Positions 50,142 through 60,565 of a DNA stretch of 64,000 nucleotides are shown here, one piece after another. Source of the DNA: Verrucomicrobiota bacterium. GTDB lineage: Bacteria > Verrucomicrobiota > Verrucomicrobiia > Limisphaerales > Palsa-1400. A model generated the notes under the pieces. That model saw nothing but the letters and a program-made list of their open reading frames with translations. It did no database searches and was not told the DNA's origin. The DNA lies in NCBI GenBank assembly GCA_049510745.1, contig JBEKYR010000019.1:14231-78230 (forward strand). The letters run 5' to 3'. Every line of letters begins with the position of its first letter. Positions within the stretch are counted from its first letter, which is position 1. Both the position numbers and the translations under genes were made by a program.

Positions 50142-51562
50142 CCACTAGCAAGGAGAAAAGCCAGGTTCTGATTGTGGACGACGAGGAGGCGATCTGCAAG
50201 TTGATCTCCCATTTGCTGGAGCAGGAGGGGTTTGCCCCGCTGGTGGCGCTGGACGGAAAGACGGCGCTGCAACAAGTGCGCACGGCGTCGCCCGACATGA
50301 TGATCGTGGACCTGAAGCTGCCGGATTTGGACGGGCTGGAAATCCTTCGGCAGGCCAAAGCCCTGGATGAGGACCTGCCGGTGGTGATTTTGACCGCCCA
50401 TGCGAAAGTCCACGGGGCAGTGGAGGCGATGCGGGCGGCCGCTTTCGATTATCTGGCCAAACCCTACGACCATCAGGAACTGCTACAGGTCGTCCGCCGC
50501 GCCCTGGCCCAACGGCACCTGAGCCTGAAGGTCAAACGGCTGGCCCGCCAGAACAACACCAGCCATGATCTGACGGAGATCATGGGTCCCAGCGCGGCCA
50601 TCGGGCGGCTGATCGAGGACCTGAACTGCGTCGCCAAATCCAACTTCAGCGTCGTCATCATCGGGGAAACCGGCTCGGGCAAAGAAATCGTGGCGCAAGC
50701 CATTCACGGGAGCGGCCCGCGGGCCAAAGGCCCGTTTGTGCCGGTGGATGCCGGCGCAATTCCGGAGACGCTTTTTGAGGCGGAATTGTTCGGGCACGAA
50801 AAAGGGGCCTTTACCGGCGCGGTCGGCCGCAGGCCGGGCCGTTTTGAGCAGGCCAACGGGGGCACGCTCTTCCTGGACGAGGTCTTGAACATGCCGCTGG
50901 CCGCGCAGGCGAAAGTGCTCCGGGCGCTGCAAGAGAAGTCCTTTTGCCGGGTCGGCGGCACACAGCCAATCAAGATTGACGTGCGGGTGCTGGCGGCGGG
51001 CAACCAGGATTTGGATGCGGCCGTGGCGGCGGGACGGTTGCGGGCGGACCTCTTCTATCGGTTGAACGAGTTCACGCTGCGGATTCCGCCGTTGCGAGAG
51101 CGCAAGGAGGACTTGCTCTACCTGGCGAAGCGGTTCCTGGATTTGACCAACCAGGAATTGAAAAAAGCGGTGCAAGGGTTTTCCGAGCCGGCCATCCGGG
51201 TGCTGCTCGATCACCCGTGGCCGGGGAATGTGCGCCAATTGCGCTCGACCATCCGGCGGGCCGTGTTGCTGGCCGGCGAGGTGGTGACCGAACAGCATTT
51301 GGATGTTCTTCGCGAGAACAATGAGGCTTGGCGGCGCGCGGCCTCACCCGTCAAGGCGCAAGGCGCGTCCGCCGGCGAGCTTTCGCTCAAGGAAATCGTG
51401 GCCCAAAGCAGGATGCTCGTGGAGCGGGAGGTCCTGTCACAGACATTGCGTCAAACAGGCGGCAACAAAGCCAAGGCCGCACGCCTGCTTCGAGTGGACT
51501 ACAAAACGATTCAATCGAAGATCAAACGTTACGGGATAGACACAAATGAGGAAACACAATGA
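50138..51562 (+). CDS. Sigma-54-dependent response regulator (NtrC family, GvrA-like)
   Basis: Receiver domain, GETGSGKE, ELFGHEKGAFTGA, WPGNVRQL and a Fis-type HTH. Confidence 0.95.
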   Translation: MTTSKEKSQVLIVDDEEAICKLISHLLEQEGFAPLVALDGKTALQQVRTASPDMMIVDLKLPDLDGLEILRQAKALDEDLPVVILTAHAKVHGAVEAMRAAAFDYLAKPYDHQELLQVVRRALAQRHLSLKVKRLARQNNTSHDLTEIMGPSAAIGRLIEDLNCVAKSNFSVVIIGETGSGKEIVAQAIHGSGPRAKGPFVPVDAGAIPETLFEAELFGHEKGAFTGAVGRRPGRFEQANGGTLFLDEVLNMPLAAQAKVLRALQEKSFCRVGGTQPIKIDVRVLAAGNQDLDAAVAAGRLRADLFYRLNEFTLRIPPLRERKEDLLYLAKRFLDLTNQELKKAVQGFSEPAIRVLLDHPWPGNVRQLRSTIRRAVLLAGEVVTEQHLDVLRENNEAWRRAASPVKAQGASAGELSLKEIVAQSRMLVEREVLSQTLRQTGGNKAKAARLLRVDYKTIQSKIKRYGIDTNEETQ

Positions 51563-52080
51563 AAAAAAAGAACCCAGGCAAAAATGAACCCGCGGGCGAA
51601 GCCGGCGGCAGTATTGGAGGCATCCTGTCGGGACTGACCGGCTTGGTGGAAAGGCTCAACGAGCTGGCGGAAACGGGCGGCGAACTGCGGCGCGGCGGCG
51701 AGATTCACGGCGCCGGCAAGGGGCTGAAAGGCATCTACGGATTTACGGTGAAGGTCGGCTTGGGCGAAGAGGGGGCGCACGTCGAGCCGTTCGGAAACAT
51801 TCGCACCGACAAGGCCACCGGCCAGCCGGTGGTGGAGGAAATCCGGGAACCGGTTGTGGACCTGTTCGAGGAGAAAGACCACCTGCTGATTGTGGCCGAG
51901 ATGCCGGGGATCGGGGCCGCGGACGTGCGGCTGGAGGTCAAGGACGACGTGCTGACGATCACGGCAACCAAAGGCGACAAGAAGTACCGCAAAGAGATGC
52001 TCCTGCCCGGCAGTTATCCCAGGGAAAAAATGGGCCTCTCGTGCAACAACGGGGTGCTGGAAATCAAGTGTGTCAAATGA
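51559..52080 (+). CDS. Hsp20/alpha-crystallin-family protein (GvpH-like)
   Basis: EPFGNIR, REPVVDLFEE, AEMPG, NNGVLEI. Confidence 0.85.
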   Translation: MKKKNPGKNEPAGEAGGSIGGILSGLTGLVERLNELAETGGELRRGGEIHGAGKGLKGIYGFTVKVGLGEEGAHVEPFGNIRTDKATGQPVVEEIREPVVDLFEEKDHLLIVAEMPGIGAADVRLEVKDDVLTITATKGDKKYRKEMLLPGSYPREKMGLSCNNGVLEIKCVK

Positions 52081-52094
52081 AGGGAGTCTGACCT

Positions 52095-54245
52095 ATGGAT
52101 AAAACGGAATCCGCGCCCCTCAAACTCAAAGTGACGGAGGCCATCGTCAAAGACGTGGGGCGTGCTCTGGCGCGCATCGGGCCGGAAGACATGGAGCGGC
52201 TGCAAGTGGCCATTGGGGACACCGTCGAAGTGGCCGGCAAACGGGCCACCGTTTGCAAAGTGATGCCCGCCTACAAGGAACTGCGGGGCCAATCGCGCGT
52301 GCAACTGGACGGCCTGACCCGTGAGAACGCCGGGGCCGCGCTCGATGAGTTTGTCCAGATGCGCAAAATGGCCGTGCGCCCGGCCCAGCGCATCGGGCTG
52401 GCGCCGCTGACGATCGCGCCCGACGGCCGGGACCTGCAATACATCGGCAGACTGTTGGACGGCCTGCCGGTGCAGGCGGGAGACCGGATTCGGGCGGCGT
52501 TGTTTGGCAGCCGTTCCGCCGATTTCAAGGTGGAAAACACGCTGCCGCGCGGGCCGGTGCTGATTGTTCCGACAACCGAACTGGTGATCGGCAAGGCGGA
52601 GGTCAAGGAGCGCGCCCGGATGGCTGTGCCCTATGAAGACATCGGCGGCCTCAAGCCGCAGATGCACCGCATCCGGGAGATGATTGAACTGCCGCTGCGT
52701 TACCCGGAAGTGTTCGAGCGGCTGGGCATCGACGCGCCCAAAGGCGTGCTTCTGCACGGCCCGCCCGGTTGCGGCAAGACGCTCATCGCGCGGGCCATCG
52801 CGCATGAAACCGAAGCCCAATTCTTTGCCGTGAGCGGGCCGGAGATCATCCACAAATTCTACGGCGAGAGCGAGGCGCATTTGCGCAAGGTCTTCGACGA
52901 GGCGACGCGCCAGGGGCCGAGTATCATTTTTCTGGATGAGATAGACGCCATTGCGCCGCGGCGGGAGCAGGTGGTCGGCGAGGTGGAAAAACGGGTGGTC
53001 GCCCAACTCCTGGCGCTGATGGACGGGCTGAACAAACGGCAGAATGTCATTGTCATCGGCGCCACCAACATTCCCAACGCCTTGGACCCGGCGTTGCGGC
53101 GGCCCGGCCGATTTGACCGGGAGATCGCGATTCCGATTCCGGACCGCCACGGGCGGCTGGACATCCTGGAGATCCACAGCCGGGGCATGCCATTGAAGCC
53201 GGATGTGGATATGAGCCGTCTGGCGGAGATCACGCATGGATTTGTCGGCGCGGACCTGGAGGCGCTCTGCCGGGAGGCGGCGATGATTTGCCTGCGGGAC
53301 ATTCTGGCCGACCTGGATTTTTCCCTGGCCAAAATTCCCTACGAGCGTCTGGCCAAACTGGAAGTGCGCATGGACCATTTCCTGACCGCCCTGCGGGAGG
53401 TCGAACCGTCGGCCATCCGGGAGGTGTTTGTCGAAGTGCCCAATGTGCGGTGGAGCGATGTCGGCGGGCTGGCCCGGCTGAAACAACGGCTGATGGAAGC
53501 CGTCGAGTGGCCGTTGCGTTACGCGCCGCTCTTTGAGCAGGCGGGAGTGCGCCCGCCCAAGGGCCTCCTGCTCTCCGGCCCGCCCGGCTGCGGGAAGACG
53601 CTTTTGGCCAAAGCCATCGCCAACGAAAGCCAGGTGAATTTCATTTCGGTCAAAGGCCCGGCGCTGCTCTCAAAATATGTCGGCGAATCGGAGCGGCAGG
53701 TGCGCGACGTGTTTCGCAAGGCCCGGCAGGCGGCGCCGTGCATCATTTTCTTTGACGAACTGGACGCTTTGATGCCGGCGCGCGGCGGCGCGGTTTCGGA
53801 CACGCCGGTGACGGACCGTGTGTTGAGCCAATTCCTGGCGGAGTTGGACGGCATCGAAGAACTCAAAGGCGTTTTGGTGCTCGGGGCCACCAACCGGCTG
53901 GATCGGCTGGATCCGGCGCTGCTCCGGCCCGGCCGTTTTGACGAAGTGGTGGAAATCCCGCTGTCGGAGGAACCGGAGCGGCGCGAAATTTTTGAAGTCC
54001 ATCTGCGCGGCAAACCGGTGGCGCGGAACGTCAAAATCAGCGACTTGGCGGCCAGGAGCGAGGGCTTCAGCGGGGCGCAAATCGCGTCGGTCTGCAATCT
54101 GGCGGCGCTCCGGGCGGTGCGCCGGGCGGTGGCGCTGGCCGGCGGCGGGGACACTGGCAAAGCGCCCGCGGCGCCTCAGGCCAAGGCGCTGATCGAGGCG
54201 GATGATTTGGAAGCCGCGCTGGCGGAAGTTTCTCCCAAGCCATGA
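52095..54245 (+). CDS. CDC48/VCP-family double-ring AAA+ ATPase
   Basis: CDC48 N-domain, YEDIGGL, two GPPGCGKTL Walker A motifs, RPGRFD twice. Confidence 0.95.
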   Translation: MDKTESAPLKLKVTEAIVKDVGRALARIGPEDMERLQVAIGDTVEVAGKRATVCKVMPAYKELRGQSRVQLDGLTRENAGAALDEFVQMRKMAVRPAQRIGLAPLTIAPDGRDLQYIGRLLDGLPVQAGDRIRAALFGSRSADFKVENTLPRGPVLIVPTTELVIGKAEVKERARMAVPYEDIGGLKPQMHRIREMIELPLRYPEVFERLGIDAPKGVLLHGPPGCGKTLIARAIAHETEAQFFAVSGPEIIHKFYGESEAHLRKVFDEATRQGPSIIFLDEIDAIAPRREQVVGEVEKRVVAQLLALMDGLNKRQNVIVIGATNIPNALDPALRRPGRFDREIAIPIPDRHGRLDILEIHSRGMPLKPDVDMSRLAEITHGFVGADLEALCREAAMICLRDILADLDFSLAKIPYERLAKLEVRMDHFLTALREVEPSAIREVFVEVPNVRWSDVGGLARLKQRLMEAVEWPLRYAPLFEQAGVRPPKGLLLSGPPGCGKTLLAKAIANESQVNFISVKGPALLSKYVGESERQVRDVFRKARQAAPCIIFFDELDALMPARGGAVSDTPVTDRVLSQFLAELDGIEELKGVLVLGATNRLDRLDPALLRPGRFDEVVEIPLSEEPERREIFEVHLRGKPVARNVKISDLAARSEGFSGAQIASVCNLAALRAVRRAVALAGGGDTGKAPAAPQAKALIEADDLEAALAEVSPKP

Positions 54246-55159
54246 ACGAAGAATCCAACGGCGCGTTTTACGTTTACGGGTTCACGCAGGCCGGCCTCGT
54301 GCCGGAAGCCGCGGAGGCGGCGATGAGTGAGGGCGGGGTTTCCGCAAGCCTTGCCAGCGCCGGGATTGATGAGCCGCACGCGCCATTTTTCCGGCGCAAC
54401 GGGAGAGTGGCGGCGGTCTTGAGCCGGGTTTCGCAATCTGAATTCTGCGGGCCAACCGGTGAAAAGAATCTGCAAGACCTGGCCTGGCTGGCCTCGCGCG
54501 CCTACCGGCACCAGGCCGTGCTGGAGCAGGTGATGCGCCTGGGCGCGGTGTTGCCGGCGCGGTTCGGCACGCTTTTTTCCTCGACGGCAAGCCTGGAAAG
54601 TTTTATGCGGCGACATGAAGCCGCCATGGCCCGGTTTCTGGAGCGCGTGCGCGGCCAGGAGGAATGGGCGGTGAAGGGCTTCCTGGATCAGGGGCGCGCG
54701 GAGGCGGAGTGGCTGGCTCGCCGGCGGTCAGAGGAGTCATGCCGGTCGGATGGGCCGCCCGGCGCGGCCTACTTGCGGGAACAAAGCCTGCGGATGCAAG
54801 CCAGGCAGGAATTGGACGACCGGCTCGCGGAGGCGTGCGGCGACCTCTTGGACGAGTTAAATCGCCTGGCTTCTGAAATTGTCCCGCGCCGGATTCTGGC
54901 GCGCGAAACACCGGACACGGCGCGGGAGATGGTGCTGAATTGGGCGGTGCTGTTGCCGTCAGCGGCGGTGGGGGATTTTCGCGGCCGGATCGAACGCGTG
55001 AACGCGGAACAAAATTCCGGCGGACTGGCTTTGGAAGTGTCTGGTCCCTGGCCCCCCTACAGTTTCTGTCCGGTCCTGGAAGCGGAGTCGGCGTCGGAAG
55101 GGGCCATAGTGGAGAAGGAAAGCCATGAGCGGAGAGAATGCGGATACAAAGCGGGATGA
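54242..55159 (+). CDS. GvpL/GvpF-family gas vesicle protein
   Basis: YVYG, VLPARFGTLF, EWAVK, SGPWPPYSF. Confidence 0.9.
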   Translation: MNEESNGAFYVYGFTQAGLVPEAAEAAMSEGGVSASLASAGIDEPHAPFFRRNGRVAAVLSRVSQSEFCGPTGEKNLQDLAWLASRAYRHQAVLEQVMRLGAVLPARFGTLFSSTASLESFMRRHEAAMARFLERVRGQEEWAVKGFLDQGRAEAEWLARRRSEESCRSDGPPGAAYLREQSLRMQARQELDDRLAEACGDLLDELNRLASEIVPRRILARETPDTAREMVLNWAVLLPSAAVGDFRGRIERVNAEQNSGGLALEVSGPWPPYSFCPVLEAESASEGAIVEKESHERRECGYKAG

Positions 55160-56591
55160 CAGCCTCTACGAGATGCTGTTGAATGCGATTCCATCGTCGG
55201 TATTGCTGATCGGGCGGGATTTGCGGATCACGTTGGCGAACCGCAATTTTCTGGAAAGGTGCCGGCGCACCAAGGAAGAGACGCTGGATCGGCGGTTGCC
55301 GGAGGTTTTTCCGCCCGCGATTTTGGATCACACGGAGATTGTGCGGCGCATTCAAAGCGTTTTTGCGACCAACACGCCAACCACCGGCGAGAGAATCACC
55401 TACCGCGCGCCGGGCGGACTGATGCGGATTTACTACTACCGGGTCCTCCCCTTGCCGGACCGGGACAATGTGGAGTTTGCCATCCTGGTGATGGAGGACG
55501 TGACGGAACGGGAGCGTTTGAGCGAGGACATCCGGCGGATGGAGCGGCACCTGAGGATCGTGGTGGAGAGCACCAGCGAAATCATTCTATCGACCGACAC
55601 CGAGGGCCGGATACTCAGTTGGAACCAATCCGCCGAGCAGATTTCCGGCTACACCCCGCAGGAAGTGGAAGGGAAGCACTTTTGGGAGTTTTGCGCCCCG
55701 GAGCATCAGGCCGGCGTGCGCCGGTTGTTTTCCGAACCGCAAGCGGCGAAAAGCTCGCAACGGCCGGAATGGAATTTGGTGACGAAAAGCGGCAAAGAGG
55801 TTCCCGTGTCCTGGATTTGTTCGCCCATGATGGACGACCGGGGCGAAACCATCGGCATTGTGGCGGTCGGGCGGAACCTGACGGAAAGCTTCAAGCTCGA
55901 AGCGCAATTGTTGCAGGCCCAAAAGCTGGCGGCCCTCGGGGTGATGGCCGGCGGCATTGCGCATGAGTTGCGCAATCCCCTGGCGATCTGTTCCTCCGCC
56001 GCCCAGTTCCTGATGCAGGAGGAAATCACGCCGGAGTTCCGCCGCCAGTGCGCCCAAAAGATGCAACAGGGAATGCAACGGGCCTCCGGCATCATCGAAC
56101 ACCTCTTGAAATTCACGCGGCCTTCCGAGCGGGGCGACCGGGTCAAGTTGGACCTGGTGACCGTCCTGAAAGAAACGCTGGCGTTGGTGGCCGACCAGGC
56201 CAAGATTCAAAATATAAACGTCCGGGCACAACTGCCCGATGCGCCCGCGTTCGTGGATGGGGACGCTCACCTGCTCCAACAGGTATTCATGAACCTGTTC
56301 TTGAACGCCATCCACGCCATGCCCACCGGGGGCCAACTTGGGGTGGTCGTCGAGACGGCCCTCCACCAGGTCAGCGTCCGGGTGACCGACACCGGGCACG
56401 GCATCGCGGCGGCGGACCTGGGCAACATTTTCGATCCGTTCTACTCGAAGTCCAACGGCAGAAGAGGCACCGGCCTGGGTCTGCCGCTTTGCTACGCCGT
56501 TGTCAAACAGCACGCCGGCACCATTGAGGTGGACAGCGCGACCGGACAAGGCAGCACCTTCACGGTGCGATTGGACCTGAGCGCGGACTGA
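55125..56591 (+). CDS. PAS-PAS sensor histidine kinase (GvrB-like)
   Basis: GIAHELRNPL, QVFMNLFLNA, DTGHGI, GTGLGL. Confidence 0.92.
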   Translation: MSGENADTKRDDSLYEMLLNAIPSSVLLIGRDLRITLANRNFLERCRRTKEETLDRRLPEVFPPAILDHTEIVRRIQSVFATNTPTTGERITYRAPGGLMRIYYYRVLPLPDRDNVEFAILVMEDVTERERLSEDIRRMERHLRIVVESTSEIILSTDTEGRILSWNQSAEQISGYTPQEVEGKHFWEFCAPEHQAGVRRLFSEPQAAKSSQRPEWNLVTKSGKEVPVSWICSPMMDDRGETIGIVAVGRNLTESFKLEAQLLQAQKLAALGVMAGGIAHELRNPLAICSSAAQFLMQEEITPEFRRQCAQKMQQGMQRASGIIEHLLKFTRPSERGDRVKLDLVTVLKETLALVADQAKIQNINVRAQLPDAPAFVDGDAHLLQQVFMNLFLNAIHAMPTGGQLGVVVETALHQVSVRVTDTGHGIAAADLGNIFDPFYSKSNGRRGTGLGLPLCYAVVKQHAGTIEVDSATGQGSTFTVRLDLSAD

Positions 56592-56607
56592 TTCCTGAAG
56601 CGGAGCG

Positions 56608-56991
56608 ATGAGCCGCGAATACCTCATTGTGGATGACGAGCCGGACCTATGCTGGGCCTTGGAGAATCTTTTGGCCTCCAAAGGGCTGCCTTGTCAAAAA
56701 GCCCAGACCGCCCAGGCGGCGCTGGACTTGATGAAGGCGCACCGGTTCCAACTCGCGTTCCTGGATGTCACCCTGCCGGATATGGACGGGCTGGAATTGG
56801 CCAGGCGTTTGCGCAAGCTGGACCCCTCGCTGCGCTTCGTAATCGTCTCCGGGTACCTTAACAATGAAGCGGTGGCCGTGGCCCAGGCCCAGGCCGAAGG
56901 GCTGATTTGCGCCTGCATCAACAAACCTTTCCTGCACGAAGAAATCCTCAGCGTCATCGAGGACTTGGCGGCCGAGGACGGGGCGCCGTGA
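56608..56991 (+). CDS. Single-domain response regulator (GvrC-like)
   Basis: IVDDE, FLDVTLPDMDG, KPF. Confidence 0.9.
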   Translation: MSREYLIVDDEPDLCWALENLLASKGLPCQKAQTAQAALDLMKAHRFQLAFLDVTLPDMDGLELARRLRKLDPSLRFVIVSGYLNNEAVAVAQAQAEGLICACINKPFLHEEILSVIEDLAAEDGAP

Positions 56992-57010
56992 GGAGAGGCC
57001 GCCACGCCAG

Positions 57011-57217
57011 TAGGGAGTGCGCGCCAGGGAACCCATTCCCTAGAAGGCGTCCGGCGGGCCGTGGCTGAATCCAGGAACCGGCGGAAAGCCCGGTGAATGG
57101 GACGGCCCGCAGGCGGCGGCAACTCCTCCCCCGGACATGGCATGACCTATGCAGGGGTTGTCGGCGAGAACGATTCCAGGTGTTCTGGAAGGGTCATAAG
57201 TAAGCGAAACATTAAAA
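57011..57217 (+). promoter_or_regulatory. gvpA upstream block: palindromic enhancer candidate plus sigma-54 promoter (copy 1)
   Basis: GGGAACCCATTCCC near 57027; TGGCATGACCTATGCA at 57138-57153 (GG-N10-GC). Confidence 0.85.
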
Positions 57218-57229
57218 AGAAGAACGAAT

Positions 57230-57448
57230 ATGGCAAAAGTCACAAAAGCAACAGACTCCTCGAGTCTGGCGGAAGTGGTGGATCGAATTCTTGACAAGGG
57301 CATCGTGATTGATGTCTGGGCCAAGGTTTCACTGGTCGGAATCGAGCTGGTTTCCATTGAAGCCCGCGTCGTCATCGCCTCCGTTGAGACGTACTTGAAG
57401 TATGCCGAGGCCATCGGCCTGACGGCGACCGCGGCAGCCCCTGCCTAA
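57230..57448 (+). CDS. gvpA: Major gas vesicle structural protein
   Basis: [53 protein letters not shown]. Confidence 0.98.
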   Translation: MAKVTKATDSSSLAEVVDRILDKGIVIDVWAKVSLVGIELVSIEARVVIASVETYLKYAEAIGLTATAAAPA

Positions 57449-57451
57449 ACA

Positions 57452-57500
57452 AGGCGGAGGCGGAAAGTGTCGGGCGGGGAATTGATTCCCTTCTCCGCCT
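57452..57500 (+). terminator. Stem-loop after gvpA (possible attenuator or mRNA stabiliser)
   Basis: aggcggag...ctccgcct enclosing gggaattgattccc; no U-tract. Confidence 0.4.
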
Positions 57501-57547
57501 GACGCCACGGCGCAACCGGGAATCCTCGAACCAGGAAAGGTTTTTGC

Positions 57548-57955
57548 ATGACAAGTAATTTAACCAATGACATGGAGCGGTTGTGCGGCCAAATCGCGGC
57601 GTTGCGGGACAGCCGCGCGGACCTGATGAGCCACCTCGCGGAAGCCCGCGTGGAAATGCAGGCGGCGGTCAGCCAGATGGTGGGCGGCTTCGGAGAGGCC
57701 CGATCCGAGATGGCCAAACAAACCAGAGCCGAACTGGGCGGATTTGTCGCGCGCGTCAAGGAAACGGTGACCGAGCTGCGGCAAACGGTCGCCAAGTTGC
57801 AGGAGGAGTTCCGGGATGACCTGGCGGGCGCCCACCGGGCGTGGCATGGCGCCAGCGCCGGGCACCGTCCGGCGCCAACGGTCTTAAAGACGTCGTTTCG
57901 GGCTGAGGAACCGTCCGACGAGTCGGCGCCCAAAGCAAAGAGGAAGAAACGGTAG
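57548..57955 (+). CDS. Helical GvpC-like gas vesicle protein
   Basis: Amphipathic helical sequence positioned between gvpA and gvpN. Confidence 0.6.
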   Translation: MTSNLTNDMERLCGQIAALRDSRADLMSHLAEARVEMQAAVSQMVGGFGEARSEMAKQTRAELGGFVARVKETVTELRQTVAKLQEEFRDDLAGAHRAWHGASAGHRPAPTVLKTSFRAEEPSDESAPKAKRKKR

Positions 57956-58136
57956 GAGCGGCGCGCCGCCGCCGTTTCTCGGGACAGTTCGGCCCCAATG
58001 ACCGGGTTTTGGAATGGGATGGGTTGCATGGAATGGCTCCGCACGAAAGCGGTTGGGAGACTATCGGTCATTGGGGCTGCTCCGACCCGGATGCCCCCGG
58101 CCCCTTAATCAACGATAAAAACACTGACGCTTCCGC

Positions 58137-59174
58137 ATGAATGTTCGCAACTCCAAAGCGCCCGGAAAAGAAAGGGTGGAAAGCGCCCCCGACACCTTTT
58201 TGCCCGAACCGAGCAACGGGTTTGTGACGACGCCGTTTGTGGAGCAGATCGCAAAGCGGGCGCTGACCTATTTGCAGGCGGGCTATCCGATCCATTTCGC
58301 CGGCGCCGCCGGCACGGGCAAAACCACGGTGGCGTTTCACGTGGCCGCGCAACTGGGCCGGCCGGTGTCGCTCATCCACGGGGACGATGACTTCGGCAGT
58401 TCGGACCTCGTCGGCCAGGACAGCGGCTACCGCAGGCACAAGGTCATTGACAACTACATCCATTCGGTTGTCAAAACCGAGGAGGAGATGAAGTCGCTGT
58501 GGCTGGAAAACCGGCTCACGACCGCCTGCCAAAACGGGGACACGCTCATCTACGACGAATTCAACCGCTCGCGGCCTGAAGCCAACAATCCGTTTCTGAG
58601 CATCTTTTCCGAGCGCATCCTGAACCTGCCCAAGCTGCGCCGCTCCGGCGGCGGCTACTTGCAGGTGCATCCGGAGTTCCGCGCCATTTTTACCTCCAAT
58701 CCGGAAGAATACGCCGGGGTCCATAAAACCCAGGACGCTTTGATGGACCGGCTGATTACCATTCAACTGGAACACTACGACCGGGAGACGGAGGTTGAGA
58801 TCACCATCGCCCGCTCCGGCATCGGCCCGGACGACGCCGCCATCATCGTGGACCTGGTGCGCAAGCTGCGGCGCGTCGGCGTGAGCAACAGCCGGCCAAC
58901 CATCCGCGCCTGCATCGCCATCGCCCGCGTGCTGACTTTGCGCGGCGTGCATGCCCAGCCGGAGGATTCCATCTTTCAATGGGTCTGCCGCGATGTGCTG
59001 AATTCGGAAACGGCCAAGGTCACTCGTGACGGCCGCTCCATCATGCCCCAGAAGGTGGAGGAAGCCTTGCTCGGCGGTCTGCGCGCCCCGGCGGCTGCCA
59101 TCCCGCCCATATCCCCTGCCCCGCGCCCTGCCACCAAGAAAGGAAACGGCCAATGCCTCCTCCAAAACGAATAA
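58137..59174 (+). CDS. gvpN: Gas vesicle AAA+ protein GvpN
   Basis: GAAGTGKTT, VIDNYIHSV, YDEFNRSRPEANN, TSNPEEYAGVHKTQDALMDR. Confidence 0.95.
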   Translation: MNVRNSKAPGKERVESAPDTFLPEPSNGFVTTPFVEQIAKRALTYLQAGYPIHFAGAAGTGKTTVAFHVAAQLGRPVSLIHGDDDFGSSDLVGQDSGYRRHKVIDNYIHSVVKTEEEMKSLWLENRLTTACQNGDTLIYDEFNRSRPEANNPFLSIFSERILNLPKLRRSGGGYLQVHPEFRAIFTSNPEEYAGVHKTQDALMDRLITIQLEHYDRETEVEITIARSGIGPDDAAIIVDLVRKLRRVGVSNSRPTIRACIAIARVLTLRGVHAQPEDSIFQWVCRDVLNSETAKVTRDGRSIMPQKVEEALLGGLRAPAAAIPPISPAPRPATKKGNGQCLLQNE

Positions 59175-59488
59175 TTCGCGGCGTCAAAGACATCCGCACC
59201 CGTTCCGGCACGCCGGACCAGGTGATTGTGCCTTACAAGGCCTACATGGCGATCACCGCCCTGGAGATGGAAAAATTCCGTCGCGAAACGGAACGCGAAA
59301 ACCTGACGCTCCGCTTGAACAACGTCAACGCCCGGCTCCAGACGGTGGAGTCGGAAAAAGCGGCCCTGTTGCAGCGCCTGGGCAAGGAAACAGGCGGCCG
59401 GCCCCTGCGGCGGCCGATCAAATCTTCCCGGCCAATCCGGGATTGTCTTGCGGCGGGCACTGCCGGCGGATTCAAATTCCAGTATTGA
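59153..59488 (+). CDS. GvpV-like small basic coiled-coil protein
   Basis: KAYMAITALEMEKFRRETER; located after gvpN. Confidence 0.65.
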   Translation: MPPPKRIIRGVKDIRTRSGTPDQVIVPYKAYMAITALEMEKFRRETERENLTLRLNNVNARLQTVESEKAALLQRLGKETGGRPLRRPIKSSRPIRDCLAAGTAGGFKFQY

Positions 59489-59512
59489 CACTGTTGCCAC
59501 GGAGTCAGAGCC

Positions 59513-60292
59513 ATGAACACGACTTCCGAATCCGGCCCGCTCAAGGGCGGAGAATACCTTTATGCCATCGCGGCCCTCGGCAAGGACCGCGCCTACGATG
59601 TGGCGGGCATTGACGGCGGCGCCGTTTATAGTGTCCGCCATGGCCCCGTGGCGGCGGTGGTCAGTGATTGCGCCCGGCAAAAACTCCGCCCGGAACGCGC
59701 CCACCTGGCGGCCCACAAAGAAGTCCTCCAGCGGCTGATGCTGGACGGCACCGTGCTGCCGATGGCCTTCGGCACCATTGCCGACGATGTGAAAGCGGTG
59801 CGGCGGCTGCTGGCGCTCAACCAGGAAGTTTTTATGGAACAACTCGAGCGCGTGGCGGGCAAGGTCGAGATGGGTCTGCGCGTGAAGTGGGACGTGCCGA
59901 ATATCTTCGAGTATTTCATTGATATTCACGCCGAATTGCGCGCCGCGCGCGACCGTTTGCTGGGGAACCAGCGCGAACCGCGCCCCGAGGACAAGATCGA
60001 ACTGGGGCAATTGTTCGACCGCATCCTCAACGAAGACCGCGCCGCCCATTCTGAAAAGCTGGAGGAGGCGCTGGCGCCCTGCTGCGCCGAAATCAAGCGG
60101 TCGCCGCTCCGCAACGTCAACGAGGTGGCCAATCTTAATTGCCTGGTCGCGCGCCACGAGCAAAAGCAACTGGAAGAGGCGGTTTTCCAGGCCGCCAGCC
60201 TGTTTGACAACAACTACGCCTTCGATCTGAACGGACCGTGGGCGCCCCACAATTTCGTGGAGATGGACCTCAAACTCAACGGCCGCAAATGA
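59513..60292 (+). CDS. gvpF: GvpF/GvpL-family protein
   Basis: YLYAI, VLPMAFG, KIELGQLF, GPWAPHNFV. Confidence 0.88.
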   Translation: MNTTSESGPLKGGEYLYAIAALGKDRAYDVAGIDGGAVYSVRHGPVAAVVSDCARQKLRPERAHLAAHKEVLQRLMLDGTVLPMAFGTIADDVKAVRRLLALNQEVFMEQLERVAGKVEMGLRVKWDVPNIFEYFIDIHAELRAARDRLLGNQREPRPEDKIELGQLFDRILNEDRAAHSEKLEEALAPCCAEIKRSPLRNVNEVANLNCLVARHEQKQLEEAVFQAASLFDNNYAFDLNGPWAPHNFVEMDLKLNGRK

Positions 60293-60304
60293 ACCGGATG
60301 CCCG

Positions 60305-60565
60305 ATGCTGCTCCTGGACAAACTCCTGCTCTCTCCCCTTTACGCCACCGTCTGGGCGGCCCGCCAGGTCCATTACGCCATCCAACAAGAGCAGGCGGCG
60401 GAACCGGAGCGCATTACCGCCGACTTGAGCGAGCTTTACATGATGCTGGAAACAGGCCGGCTGGCCGAAGCGGAATTCATTGCCCGCGAAAAGGAGCTGC
60501 TCGACCAGTTGGACCGGATTGAGGAGCGGGAGAACGGCTCCAACAAGACCAGAGAAGGGAGATGA
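60305..60565 (+). CDS. gvpG: Gas vesicle protein GvpG
   Basis: LLLDKLLLSP, LSELYMMLETG..EAEF..REKELLDQL. Confidence 0.88.
   Translation: MLLLDKLLLSPLYATVWAARQVHYAIQQEQAAEPERITADLSELYMMLETGRLAEAEFIAREKELLDQLDRIEERENGSNKTREGR

Noticed and set aside
52066-52100. Hsp20 ending C-V-K-TGA as CxxU
   Set aside because: No hairpin follows, the domain is complete, and the next gene starts 14 nt later.
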